Sequence record: MH791398.1
Direction: 5' to 3' (one strand)
Length of the DNA: 64,000 nucleotides
A model generated the notes under the pieces. It saw only the letters and a list, made by a program, of their open reading frames with translations, was not told the origin of the DNA and searched no databases. The position numbers and the translations under genes were made by a program. Below, one piece after another: positions 31,471 to 43,200 of the stretch. How positions within the stretch are numbered: the stretch's first letter is position 1; every line of letters begins with the position of its first letter.

Positions 31471-31733
31471 ATCATCAAACGATCATGAGAGGGGTAAAAT
31501 GCACTTTTTTGGTGCATTTTCTTTTATACACCATTTTAAAACATTTTCTCTCTATCCCTTGTGGTATAAGGGATTCTGTTAATATTCTTTCACATATTTT
31601 CATAACTTTTCATATCTGTTAACATTCTTTCATATTTTGATAATGTTTGGTTCTTAAATTAAAAAGTTTGATTCTGGAACAAAAAAGTGTGGACACACAT
31701 TAGGTGATGTAGTACCATGTTCTTGCTGACTGA
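31471..31733. other. AT-rich intergenic region with hairpins and 10-bp phased repeats; candidate replication origin
   Basis: Hairpins at 31496-31520 and 31554-31574; imperfect direct repeat 31576-31605 / 31616-31643; apparent skew switch; promoter TGGACA-17-TACCAT at its right end. Confidence 0.5.
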
Positions 31734-33822
31734 TTGGAGATAGATATGAAAAACATTCGTGAAATTGCTGCTGAAATGAAAACCCTGCTGAACTCTCGTG
31801 GTTATGGTATCACTTCTGTTTTTGGTATGTATCTTGATAACCATGCTATGATGGTTATCAAAGGCCGTGAGTTGGAAAAGGTAGCGCGTGACTTTGCGTT
31901 AGTTCGTGGTATTCATTCTGTGGTTATCTCAGAAGAACTTTGCTATGATTCAGTTGACTTTGAAGATCCGACTAGTGAAGCTGAGTTGGTTCGTGTGTTG
32001 AAGTGCTGTATTGACTATGTGGAGTAAGATATGGAATGGGTTATTGGTGTTGTTGTTGCTCTGGTGTGGTGTTTCTTGATGTTTGCTTATATCACTGAAA
32101 ACAAGTTTAAGAACGAGCGGTATTCTATTCGTGATTGGTTGAAGTATCATGGATTTGGTGTTCATATTCATCGTAATGACTTTCTTCTTGATAGTTGTCA
32201 AATGGTTCGTCTTGGTGGTATATCTCAATGTAATAAATGTCTTTCTTGGGTTGTGTACTGGAAACTGTACAATATCCGTCGAAAGAAATTGAGTCGTGAA
32301 GATACTATTAAGAAACTGAATAAGTTGGTTAATGGTATGGTTGTTGTTCGTGTAGAGCGTGAGAGTAAGAAAGATTTTTGGAAGGATTAGATGAAGAATC
32401 TCATTGCTTTATTGGCTGTGATTGGATTGATTGGTTGTGTTCCCAAAGTAGTTCATCAAGAAACTTATCGAGATACTGTTGTTGTTACTGAGTTTGTGAA
32501 GAGGCATAAGCGACAGCGGATTAAGGTACGAACATCTGATGGTGTTTTGATTAATCAATATGTTGCTAAACGCTGTAGTGGGTGTTATGCTTATAAGGGT
32601 GATAAGTTCTCTGTAACTGTTACCAAGAAAACTTGGGATGATGGTGGTGTTACTTATAGTATCAACCGTTATGAGACTAAAGAATTTTTGAGGAAATGAT
32701 TATGACTGCTGCTGAATTGGTAAAGGCCGTTCGCGAGAAAGAACAAGCTCGTGTAGAACTTCGCAAGGCTATTGTGCAAGGGATTTATGATGAGACGGTT
32801 GAATCCATGCTCGATCAAGATGTATTAGAAACAAACCTTAGTATTTATGATATCGAGCGCATTTGTAATGTTGAACTTGATGGGGTTATGTTCTATGATC
32901 TTATCCGTGATGACATTATCCCGTTGTTTGTTAAGAATGGTTTCTCTGCTGTCTGGGAAGATGGTAAAAACTATGTAGAGATTAATGCACTTGGAGAGTA
33001 ATATGAAAGTTATTGACTATATCAAAATGTATCCTAACGCTTATGCATGTGCTTGTGTAGAACGTTCGCACACTACTCCCAATTATGTTAACCATCTTAA
33101 CCATCGTGCACTGGCTACCTTCATCAAGGCTGAGTCATGGGATAAGGTTGAGGAACTGATTAACAGCTCTGATTACTATAAGCCTCTTGAGGGTGTTGTT
33201 CTTGCTGCTGCTGATTATATGGATGATGACAATGATGATCGCTGGAAAGCTTATGATGCATACCAATCGGGGGAAATTGTGTGAGAGCATTAATTGTTGG
33301 TCTAACTTTGTTGTTGGTTGGGTGTATGCCTGTTGGGATTGTTAACACCTTTAGCTTTAAGGAATCAGTAACCGTTATCAAATGGGATCCTAAAAATCGG
33401 TTTATTAGTTTTGTTTCTGATAGTGGGTTAGTGGTGACTGACGTTTATATCTGGAAAGCATGTGAAGGGTGTTATTCTATCATTGGTGATAAGATGGATG
33501 TTACTATTACCCAACAGGTGAAAGATAACAATACAACCGTTCTCGTTGTCGATCTAAATGAGATTGAAAAACAGATGAGAAAGTTTAAATGAAGAAAAAA
33601 TATAGTCAGAAAGAGATAAACGCGCTACTTAAACTTGCGAAGGGTATCAAGGCCGGTGACCAGATTGAAGCAACTGATAAGATGATCTCCGATTTGGGTA
33701 AGATTTCTTTTCCATTGTTTCGTGAGCCTTGTACTGGCAAAATGTTTTTTGCTTGGAGAGGTTGTTCATATGTATTCAAAGACCGTATTAATGAGATGCT
33801 TGATTCGTTGAGGATGGAATAA
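31734..33822 (+). CDS. G/T-rich early genes (31743, 32031, 32696, 33003, 33589) plus two lipoproteins
   Basis: Contiguous ORFs, strong G>C on + strand. Confidence 0.7.
32391..32699 (+). CDS. predicted lipoprotein, CxGCY family 1
   Basis: Lipobox LIGC; RCSGCYAYKGDK. Confidence 0.8.
   Translation: MKNLIALLAVIGLIGCVPKVVHQETYRDTVVVTEFVKRHKRQRIKVRTSDGVLINQYVAKRCSGCYAYKGDKFSVTVTKKTWDDGGVTYSINRYETKEFLRK
33281..33592 (+). CDS. predicted lipoprotein, CxGCY family 2
   Basis: Lipobox LVGC; ACEGCYSIIGDK. Confidence 0.8.
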   Translation: MRALIVGLTLLLVGCMPVGIVNTFSFKESVTVIKWDPKNRFISFVSDSGLVVTDVYIWKACEGCYSIIGDKMDVTITQQVKDNNTTVLVVDLNEIEKQMRKFK

Positions 33823-34350
33823 AGTACTTGCATCGGTCTTTGGTTATGGTATTATGCCTACATCGAAGCGAAGGAGACTATTATGAAAATCGAATGTGAA
33901 TTCAAAGCCGTACCTAACAATACCAAGTTTTACGTTCTTCGCTACGTTGGTGCACCAGTCAGTGACTCTATTAGTTTCTTCAAGGGGGATTCTAATATTT
34001 GTTATGATGTGTACGGTGAGTGGAAAACCCCAGTCGATTTTGATAACACTCATCCATGTTGGTATTTTAAGGATTGACAATGAATGTGATTGTTCGTAAA
34101 ACAAAGAATGGGAAAGACCTAATCTATTCTCATGATGGTGGATTCACTCGCCACGTTGTTCAAATCTATAATGGTAGTTACGCTTGTTATCTTAACGAGA
34201 GTCGGTGCTTTAAGAGAAAAACACACGAGATGATGATGACCCAATGTGGTATTGATCCAAAAGAGATTAATCCTTTGCCATGGAATTCTGATGCATATTA
34301 TCGAAATTGTGTGATTTAGTACTTGCATCGGTCTTTGGTTATGGTATTAT
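33823..34350 (+). repeat. 33-bp perfect direct repeat (duplicated early promoter) flanking two small genes
   Basis: AGTACTTGCATCGGTCTTTGGTTATGGTATTAT at 33823-33855 and 34318-34350. Confidence 0.95.
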
Positions 34351-34388
34351 ATCTACATCGAAACGAGATACCTAACTGAGGAAAGATT

Positions 34389-34736
34389 ATGAAACACGTA
34401 CTGATTGCTCTGATTGCTTTGTTCGTTCTGGTTGGTTGCAAGAAAGAAGTTAGCGAAGTTTCTTTCGTTGATACTGTGACTGTTACCAAGTTCGTTAAGA
34501 AGCATTCCGATAGCCAGCGTGTTAGTGTTACCACTTCCGAAGGTATCGAGATGAACAACCATGTTGTTTCTCAGAAGGGTACAAACTGCCTTGGTTGCTA
34601 TGCTAAAGCTGGTGATAAGCTGGAAGTCACTGTTAAGAAAACTACCTATGAGGATGGTTCTGTTCATTACTCTTTCAATAAATCTGAAATGAAAACCGCC
34701 CTGAAACTGAACCGTCGTAACAACTATGCTAACTAA
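34389..34736 (+). CDS. predicted lipoprotein, CxGCY family 3
   Basis: Lipobox LVGC; NCLGCYAKAGDK. Confidence 0.8.
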   Translation: MKHVLIALIALFVLVGCKKEVSEVSFVDTVTVTKFVKKHSDSQRVSVTTSEGIEMNNHVVSQKGTNCLGCYAKAGDKLEVTVKKTTYEDGSVHYSFNKSEMKTALKLNRRNNYAN

Positions 34737-35203
34737 GGAACGATAATGAAACTAATTGAACTGATTGAGATTGTTAGTAGTGGGCAGTCCGAGGTTTTGG
34801 TTGACCAATCGGGCTTTCATAATGTCTTAACCAAGCTTGGTATTAATGATTGTGTGTTTGAGGACTTCATCGAAGCAGAAATTTGGGTAGAGAAAAACAT
34901 TGTTCTTCATAAGGTTGATGGAGTTATCTATCTGTTTTATAAGGATTTGTATCTCGCCAAGTGGAATTCCTATTGCAATCAATCCGGTTGCAACCTGTGT
35001 AACCGTGCCACACTTGAAAGTAAACAGAATCGTAATATTTCCAAGTTCATGTATGACCTGATGGAACTGTATATGGACAAAAACGTATATAGCCACAATC
35101 CATTCAAAAACTTGGAAATGGATGACGAAATTTAGTTGACGGGGTATCTCATTTATGGGATACTCTATTTGTCGATTGGGACATAACTATTGAGGAAGAA
35201 ATC

Positions 35204-36058
35204 ATGACTATGAACAAATGGGAATCTCAAGGCGTTGGTAAGGCTCCGTTCCGTTGTGTTGGTATGTTCAAGATGCCTAACAAGGATACTGCGACTATGC
35301 AGGATTATGCGGCACTCCCTCAAGGTTATGGTGCTGGTTCCTGTCATGTGTGTGGTACTGGTATCGTATACAACTACATGATCCACGATGCAGACGGTCA
35401 GAAATTTGTGGTTGGTTGTGAGTGTGTGAACTACACCAACGACACCACATTGATTGATGCTGTCAAGGCCGAGCGTAAGGCTTTCAACAACGCGCAGAAG
35501 GCCGCAGAAACGCGCAAGCGCAACGAAGAGGAACGAGCGCGTAATGGTGGTCTGACCGACAAAGAAATGGCACAGAAGGCCATACAGGATGAATGGGACG
35601 CAAAGCGTAAAGTGTATCGCGAGACCCACAAAGAACTGTTCGACTCTGGGTTGGCTACTGGTTACGAGTGGATTGAAGAGATCATCGAATCCTGTATCCA
35701 TTACTGCTCTATGTCTGATGCACAAAAAACTGCAATTGAAAACGGTATTGCTGATTTCGAGTTCAAGAAAAATCAGTTGAATGAATTCTTCGGTGCTGTT
35801 GGTGATCGGGTGAAGAAAGTCGAACTCACCACCACCTTTGAGATGTGTGTTAAACAAGCTCAATATTACGGCGATTATGATGTTTACCTCGCTGTGTTGA
35901 TTGACTCAGAAGGTCGAACTTACAAATACATGGGTTCATCTTTGAAGTCCATCCCAACTAAGGGAAATACCGCCGTAATGTCATTCTCTATCAAGGCTCA
36001 TGAAGAATATAAAGGGGTCAACCAGACCGTAATCCAACGTCCTAAAATGCACGATTGA
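35204..36058 (+). CDS. hypothetical protein with a Cys-rich Zn-finger-like motif and an OB-fold-like C-terminus
   Basis: CHVCG...GCECV; C-terminal GAVGDR...IKAHEEYKGVNQTVIQRPK. Confidence 0.6.
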   Translation: MTMNKWESQGVGKAPFRCVGMFKMPNKDTATMQDYAALPQGYGAGSCHVCGTGIVYNYMIHDADGQKFVVGCECVNYTNDTTLIDAVKAERKAFNNAQKAAETRKRNEEERARNGGLTDKEMAQKAIQDEWDAKRKVYRETHKELFDSGLATGYEWIEEIIESCIHYCSMSDAQKTAIENGIADFEFKKNQLNEFFGAVGDRVKKVELTTTFEMCVKQAQYYGDYDVYLAVLIDSEGRTYKYMGSSLKSIPTKGNTAVMSFSIKAHEEYKGVNQTVIQRPKMHD

Positions 36059-36059
36059 G

Positions 36060-36096
36060 TTGACGACATAACGGGAGTGTGTGATAATACTCCCGT
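36060..36096 (+). promoter_or_regulatory. early promoter with -10 in a hairpin loop
   Basis: TTGACG-17-GATAAT; ACGGGAGTGT/ATACTCCCGT stem. Confidence 0.75.
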
Positions 36097-36116
36097 AACT
36101 TAACAAAGGAAATATT

Positions 36117-39100
36117 ATGAAGACTATCAAAGAAGTTTACGAAGAATTTAAATCGAAAGACAATGCAAGTATCCATATTGACCTTCTGGAACAAATCCGC
36201 AATCAAACTGAATACAATTTTTATCGTGGTGTTGATGGTGCTACTGATTTCTTTGAAGACCAATCGGGTACTATGTTTATTGATGTAGATGGGAAAAATT
36301 GGTTTGTTTCTGCTCCACAAGTTAACATCCAACCCCGAATCTGGGCAACTAATCTAAAGACCGATGAGCCTTATGACATTGTTGCGTTAATCGACGGTGT
36401 TCTTTATGAAAGCCCAGAGACATATTCACGAAAAGAGTTTGTTATTGCATCAGTTAATAACCTTCGGGAAGAACTGACAAAAGAATTTGTCAAAGAGAAC
36501 TGGAACGAAACAGGTTATAACAAACTGGCTTTCGATGTAGCAATTAAAGATTGGGATGATGATAATGCGAACTCTTAACATTTATGAAATCGGGGTGGAC
36601 GAACCACCAATCCCCGGTTTAGAGATCTGTTATTTGGATCGTGGTTATTCGTTTGGCTTTGTGAACGACCATCTTAAAATGGGTATTGTTGGTGTAGCCT
36701 GTAAGCCCGGTGATGAAGACCGCGATGATTACTTTTACGGTGAAATCGATTGGGCCGACTGTGATGAACAGTTCTTTAACGAAGAAGGATATCCCCATAC
36801 CCCATATCTCTATATTGATGATATGGAGAACCAACTTGAGGAAGGTGACAAGTGGGCTTACTTCCACGAATATAATGATGCGTTTGGAGTGACTGATATT
36901 TTCCCTTTCCAAGAGGGTGAATCGTTGGAGATCGCAATCAAGTATGGTATCGTAGAGGAACTAAGTAGGAAACAGACTGTTATCAAGAAAGGATCTATTA
37001 GTAACGATGGACGTCCACGACCAGACTGTGATTTGTATTACACAGACATTAAAGTTTGGTACAATGGGAAACGATATCTGTTGAAATTTAGCTCAACAAA
37101 ACCAGATGTTCCGTGTGGTCGTTTGTTTAGTTATGAATCTATTGTTGAGGGATAAAAATGAGTAGTGGAAAAGCAGTATTACGCAACGCAGCTAAACAAG
37201 CACGATGGAAACGGAATACTAGTCGTCTCATCAAAAAATACCTTCTCCGTGGCTATGATGGGGAATATAATTATTCATCTGCAAAATCAAGATTTGATTT
37301 GTTTGTAAATTATTGTGGTATATATTCACTCTATCGTTACGAGCCTGCATCTGGTATTGGTACAAAAATAGAAAATCTTTGTAAAAAGAAAGGGTTAGAT
37401 ACAAAACTTTTTAGTTTTTCAAAATGTTTGATAAATGGCCCGTTTCTATCCATCCATGGTCACAGTAAAGAATTTTTAAGATTCCTAGATCTGATTGATA
37501 TTAGGTACATGTATGAAACATTTGGTGAACAACCACATATTAGTATTATTTTGAATCAGGATATTGGGGATAAGGTTAAAAAACCGAAGTCCAAGAAGCC
37601 CGTTAATGTTTCAACCGAAACCATTACCATACCTCATCAAAGTAAATCCGAGTTTGAGTACATCAAAGATACAATCGATAATATCATCAAAGAGAAAGCG
37701 ATTGCAGAAAACAAAGTAATTTTCCTCAACTCTCAACTCGAAGAGGCAAAGGGTATGATGCGTCGATTGGTAAAGGATTACATCTAATGTGTTCGAAGGA
37801 AGAACTTAGATTTTTCTTAATGTCAAACTATCGACATTCAAGGTTCAAAGATAGAAATACTGGATTTTGGATTGACTATCAGGATATTATCACAGATAAT
37901 CACAACGAGGCTCTGTTGAAGTATGGGAGGTCGATGATCTCCCAACATGATAGTATCAACGGACAGATTTTAGTGTTTGACAGAGACCTAAACAAAAAGT
38001 ATATTGATTATGTCGAGACCCCAAAGCAGTCTCAAACCCTTACACACTTATTTTGAGGTTAAAAATGAAACTTGTTCAAGTTGATGGTATTCCGGAAAAA
38101 GGTTACTTTGTTGTTACTGGTATCAGTAATTTTCAAGAAACCCCGTTCCCGTTTGGTGAATCTTTTTATGCAGACGGAAACGGTCGTATTTTTGAATATG
38201 AAAATGAATATGACACATGGGAACATGATATTACCGATTCTCTTTATTTCGAGGGATGGTCTGATGTAAAATATTTTGTAATCGAGGAATAATTATGGAT
38301 TTCATTATTCGTTACTGTCATATGTTAGCCTCTTTTCTGTTCGCCTCTCTGAACTCTATTTATTATTGGGTTCCTGCTTATGGTATCGAATGGATCCTTA
38401 TCATCGTTGCAATCACTATTGTTGGTGTTGGTGTTGGGAAAAAATACGAACAAAAGAAACAACAAGATGATCAATTCGATTTCGGAACTCCATCAAAATA
38501 AGGATTTTGTATGTATATTCAACATAATCTAAAAGTGGATGAACTGGTTAGGATAATCGATGAGATCTCCCCGGAACTAGCGCGTCGAGTTGATGATATG
38601 ATTGAATCAGAAATCGAATCAGCTATGGATTCTTGGGGTGATCAGGAAGAGTTTGAGAAGGGATGTCATAAGGAATCTGTTCGTGCTGCGATCCACTTCT
38701 CCAAGGATCCTGAATGGGTAAAAGACACTAATTCGTCAAAAGAAACGTATTACGTGAACTACGTATATCGCCCTTTCCATATGGACAATCATAACGTGTC
38801 TATGACTCGATTTAACAACGATACATGGTCTATTGATATCAGTATGGGTACAGTTGGTCAAGATGGTTGGAAAGGCTTTCTGAGGGGTTCTGTTGAGGAT
38901 GTACAGCGTGAAGTAGTTGACACGGTTCTTGATTTACTTCAAGATGGTTTGTATCTAAAAATTAATGATTAAGGGACTTTATGATTGTATTTATTGGTTT
39001 TGATGATGATATGAATGTGGTGGAAATTACAGAATGTACCCCTACTCGTATTGAGGTTATGGATATGATGGTAAAATCTCATCATGCCGTTTGTGTGGTT

Positions 39101-40054
39101 GTTGATGTGGAAGAAGAACAGATCGACACTTGGATTGATAGCGACTGTTCAACTCTTGGTGATGACCTAGCAGAACTAGATATGTGCGGTATGGTAATAG
39201 CAAAAATTGACAATCGGAAATTTTAAAATGAAAAAATTAGAACTCCCAATTGGGACTGTTATCCCCCGTGGTTACATTGTGGGGATCACAAGTTGGGAAA
39301 ACGACGGTGATTATTACCACACCATTTACCACACTGGTCTGACTCGTGATGACGTCGATTTCTTCCGTGTTATTGCTCCGTTTTTTAACAGCGCAAATGA
39401 TTGGAAAGAGCCGGGTTATGGTAATGATCCTTATACAGATGCATTAGTTTTTGAGTTGTTTGATAAACTCGAAGAAAATCCACATATGGCTAACCAATTC
39501 AAGCGCTTTCTTGATATCGATTGTAATGTGATTGATGAAGAAGAGGGTGTTCCTAATTGGGTAACTATCCTAGAAACTATCAAGAAAAATGTTACTCATG
39601 AAGCAACCTATTATGACGGTGATCATATTCGTGTGGTAGAAAGTATTGATGTTTGGTTCATTCATGATGAATTTGAGATCAAAGAAATTCCAGCTAATTT
39701 TATAGAGAGTATAAAATGAAAATGTTTTCAACTGTAACAAGTCTATTAACTGTACGAAACATCAAATTCTTTGAGTTCTACATCAAAGATATTAGTAGTG
39801 GTGAACTTATTTGGTTTACTTATGATGGTTTTGCATATTTATTCAAAAAAGATACAAACGAATTCATCGATTGCGAAATCGATTATGATGATCCGGAAGA
39901 ACCGCAACGGGTTGTAGATAAGTTTATAAACAGTCCTTGTGACCTTCCACATCGATTCTCTCTTGTAGACCAGATCGACCAGCTTCAAGAGGAACTGAAA
40001 GACCGGTTGTATCAAGATTTTCGTTTTAATCGTGACATGACAGATAAAAAGTAG
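36117..40054 (+). CDS. run of about 11 hypothetical proteins
   Basis: Contiguous ORF track entries 36117 to 39716..40054. Confidence 0.7.
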
Positions 40055-40088
40055 TTGACGTAGATTAGGGGGTATGAGATTATACCCC
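40055..40088 (+). promoter_or_regulatory. early promoter with -10 in a hairpin loop
   Basis: TTGACG-17-GATTAT; GGGGTAT/ATACCCC stem. Confidence 0.75.
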
Positions 40089-40111
40089 TGTACCAACAAA
40101 GGAGAGAAAAG

Positions 40112-40291
40112 ATGATTAACACAGAATTCAAAAAAGCGGTTGCTGAGTTTTTCAACACTCATATCGAAGATCAGAAACTGATCTTCGAATCCTTTGATGC
40201 CAAAGTTTTGTGGTGTGGTAAGCAGATCAATGATAAAACTCCTGTTGGTCGTGCGGCCATTATGTTTGCAATGTCTAAAGTAAAGGTGTAA
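40112..40291 (+). CDS. 59-aa protein, leaderless paralog of 6252..6524 (not in ORF track)
   Basis: MINTEFKKAVAEFFNTHIEDQKLIFESFDAKVLWCGKQINDKTPVGRAAIMFAMSKVKV; RBS AAGGAG. Confidence 0.8.
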   Translation: MINTEFKKAVAEFFNTHIEDQKLIFESFDAKVLWCGKQINDKTPVGRAAIMFAMSKVKV

Positions 40292-40293
40292 TA

Positions 40294-43200
40294 ATGAAAT
40301 TTAAGAAAAATCAAGAGATTGTATGTGTTAACAACCTTGAGATGGAGGGTATTTTAGTTGTAGGTCAAACATATCTTGTTGACAAATACACAAGTCTTAT
40401 GACTGGTGACATTGTTCAACTATTCGGGGTTAAAATTCAATTATCCCCATCTCGTTTTCTTCCAATTGGTCATAAAAACGAGTTGGAGATAATGAGTCTA
40501 TATTATAAAGTTCGTGAACTTGATAGCGAAATTGAAGAATGTTTTAATATTGAAGCATTGACCGGGGTTGACCATTATTGGAAGCGGGAAAAACTCCGTG
40601 GGCAGATCGATGATATTGAGCAAGATATCAACAATCTAAGGGAAGACGTATGATTTTCTGGAAAAAGAATACTTGGGGGAGATTGGCTATCGGTGACTCG
40701 TTTAATGATGGTAACCTTAAGTCTAAAATCGTTGATATAAACCATATGTATGGTCAGATCAAACTAGAGAGTGGTGTAGAGATCAAATTTGATTCTGTGC
40801 ACAGTTACTATTACAAAACACAAACATCTCACTGTAACACAACTCAGTGGCACTACGCCTTTATTGACGGCTGTTTGTATACGTTTGGTGAACGTGAAGA
40901 ACTTAAGGTTGGTGACGTTGTACGAGCTTCTTATTATGACGACGCAGACCGTCTTAAACATGTGTGTTTTGTGGTAAAAGATTTCTTTAAGTCCGACTCT
41001 ATTATCGTTGAAATTGAAGGTAATGAAGAGATCTTGACAGTCGGTTATGGTCATTTGATTACACTTTACAACGACGACCTACCTTCTTATTTTTGTAACG
41101 ACCTTGAGGTTGGTGTTGGTGGTCTGGTTGAGAGGATCCGAGATGAACGACGGGCTTGTTAAACTTGAGGTTGAAGGTAAAGAGGAATGGGTTGACTCAT
41201 TCCTCAACCTGAATAAAATTCCTTATGTATCAATTGGTTCGGCTAGAATCTTTAAGATGAACAAAGAAAGTGCTTGCTATATGACGAAATGTAGTTCATC
41301 ATACGTTACCGATGACGATATTGAACTTTACAAAAGAGAATATGGGGTGTAAAGTGCATTATACATTGTGGTTTGACTACTGGAATAATTCAGCTTCTGT
41401 GTTTGAAACTCATCTCGAACTATCAGGAATAAAATACGAATGGGAAGAACGAGAGGGGGATGAATCCACCATGGGGCTGGATGGTCTTGTTTATGGGTTT
41501 TTCAGTGAAGAAGACCTAGAAAAAGCAAGTAATATTTATTTGGATATGTGAGATTTTATGACATTTCTTAATGTTTTTGTTCTTGAAACCGTGATTGGTG
41601 TTGTAGTAATATTTGGTCTGTTGGTCTGGCTTGAAGTTCGTAAGGAAAAATAATAATTTATTGTTGCTTTTTGAAAATAGATAGATTACATTATCCCATA
41701 TCGAAACAAGAGGAAGAAATCATGACTGCTAACGAATATGAAGTAAACAAGGCAACCCGTATCGCAGAAATGCAAAAGAATGCGGATTATATCCTTTCTA
41801 AGGTAGACCCTGTTCTTCTCCCATACATTCAAGCATACCCTAGCTGGTGTATTGGGCAAGCCGATACTACCGTTGCATTCATTGCAACTGGTAAAGAGGT
41901 TGAAGGTGGGGTCGAATACTTCAACGGGCGAACCATTCAATTCATTATGCACGAAGATGAAACAAAGTTTAAAGTCCTTTTGAGTAGTGTTGGTAAGCCG
42001 GTGCTTCGTAAGAAGAAAACCCAACTCGAAGCATGTGATGCAGTAATCAAGTTCTTTAATGAAAACGTTGAAAACTTTATGGCTGTTGTAGCCAAATTTA
42101 ACTGAGGAAATTATTATGTTCGAATCTATCAATACTTGGTTGTTTACTTTGTCTGGCTGGGAATGTTTTTCTCTGGTACTTATGGTTGTTGGTACATACT
42201 TCCATTGGAATGCGCCACTTCTTCGTATTGCGGTAATCAATAACAAGCTGTTTGGTGATGGAAAACTGACGGTCGATCAACACCCGATTGGTACTATTAC
42301 CGAGGTTCTTTGGTATTATGGTATCTACTACTTTGTTACTCTGTAAGGACTGGATATGAATACAAAGCTCAATGATTTTGTCAAGAAAATGACGTTTGGT
42401 TATTATACAGTATATATGAAAGGTGATATCCAAATTTTTGTTCATGCTACCAACGGACGTCAGATCACACCTAATCCATTCGGAAACCATCCCGTCTATA
42501 TGTCTAGTACTGAGTTTCAAGAAAAATACGGAGATGATATCTTACATGTAGAACATGGAATCAACACCCCACATGGTCATGATGTAAACAGGGTGATAAC
42601 GGAACAACTACAAGTAGGGTCTACTGGTAAGATCACCGAATATGGATATGATGACACATACGATTTCTTTGTATCTGAAATGTCCATACAGGGAGAAGAT
42701 GTTTTAGTAATGACATACTACACCAGCAAGGATAATATCAAGTCTTGTTCTATTGAAACAGTTAATGATATCATACAGTCATATTACGAGGTACAACTAT
42801 GAAAGATATAATCGAAAAAATTGATATCGGTACTGAGTTTTGGGATGGTCGTTTTGGTCCATTCAAATGCACAAAGAAACCAGAATTTACCAAAGTCAAT
42901 GCAAATAGAGACGATGGGTATATCTGGAAAGCATCAGATAAATTTGGTTTAGAGCATGAATTTTTATGGATTGAGAAATATTCTCATTATGGTCCAAAGA
43001 TTTATCTATATCAGGCTTATATGAATTAGGATAGTTTCTAAAAATAGTAGTTGCATCTTTAGCCCGTTCGTGTAGAATGGGCTTTGTTGATTCGGAGGAA
43101 ACGATATGAACCATTACGTTGAACTGAACATGAAGAAGTTAGAATCACTTGGTAAACAGGCCGCATACTGTCGAAATATGTTGTCAAAAGACATTGACGA

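Noticed and set aside
35165-35863. 232-aa minus-strand ORF, and the many other minus-strand ORFs in the track
   Set aside because: All are fully antisense to + strand genes with stronger coding signals; no minus-strand gene is supported in the window
41660-41695. TGCTT motif as a possible MotA box (middle promoter)
   Set aside because: Spacing to a -10 is ambiguous and it reads equally well as a TTGCTT -35; insufficient support
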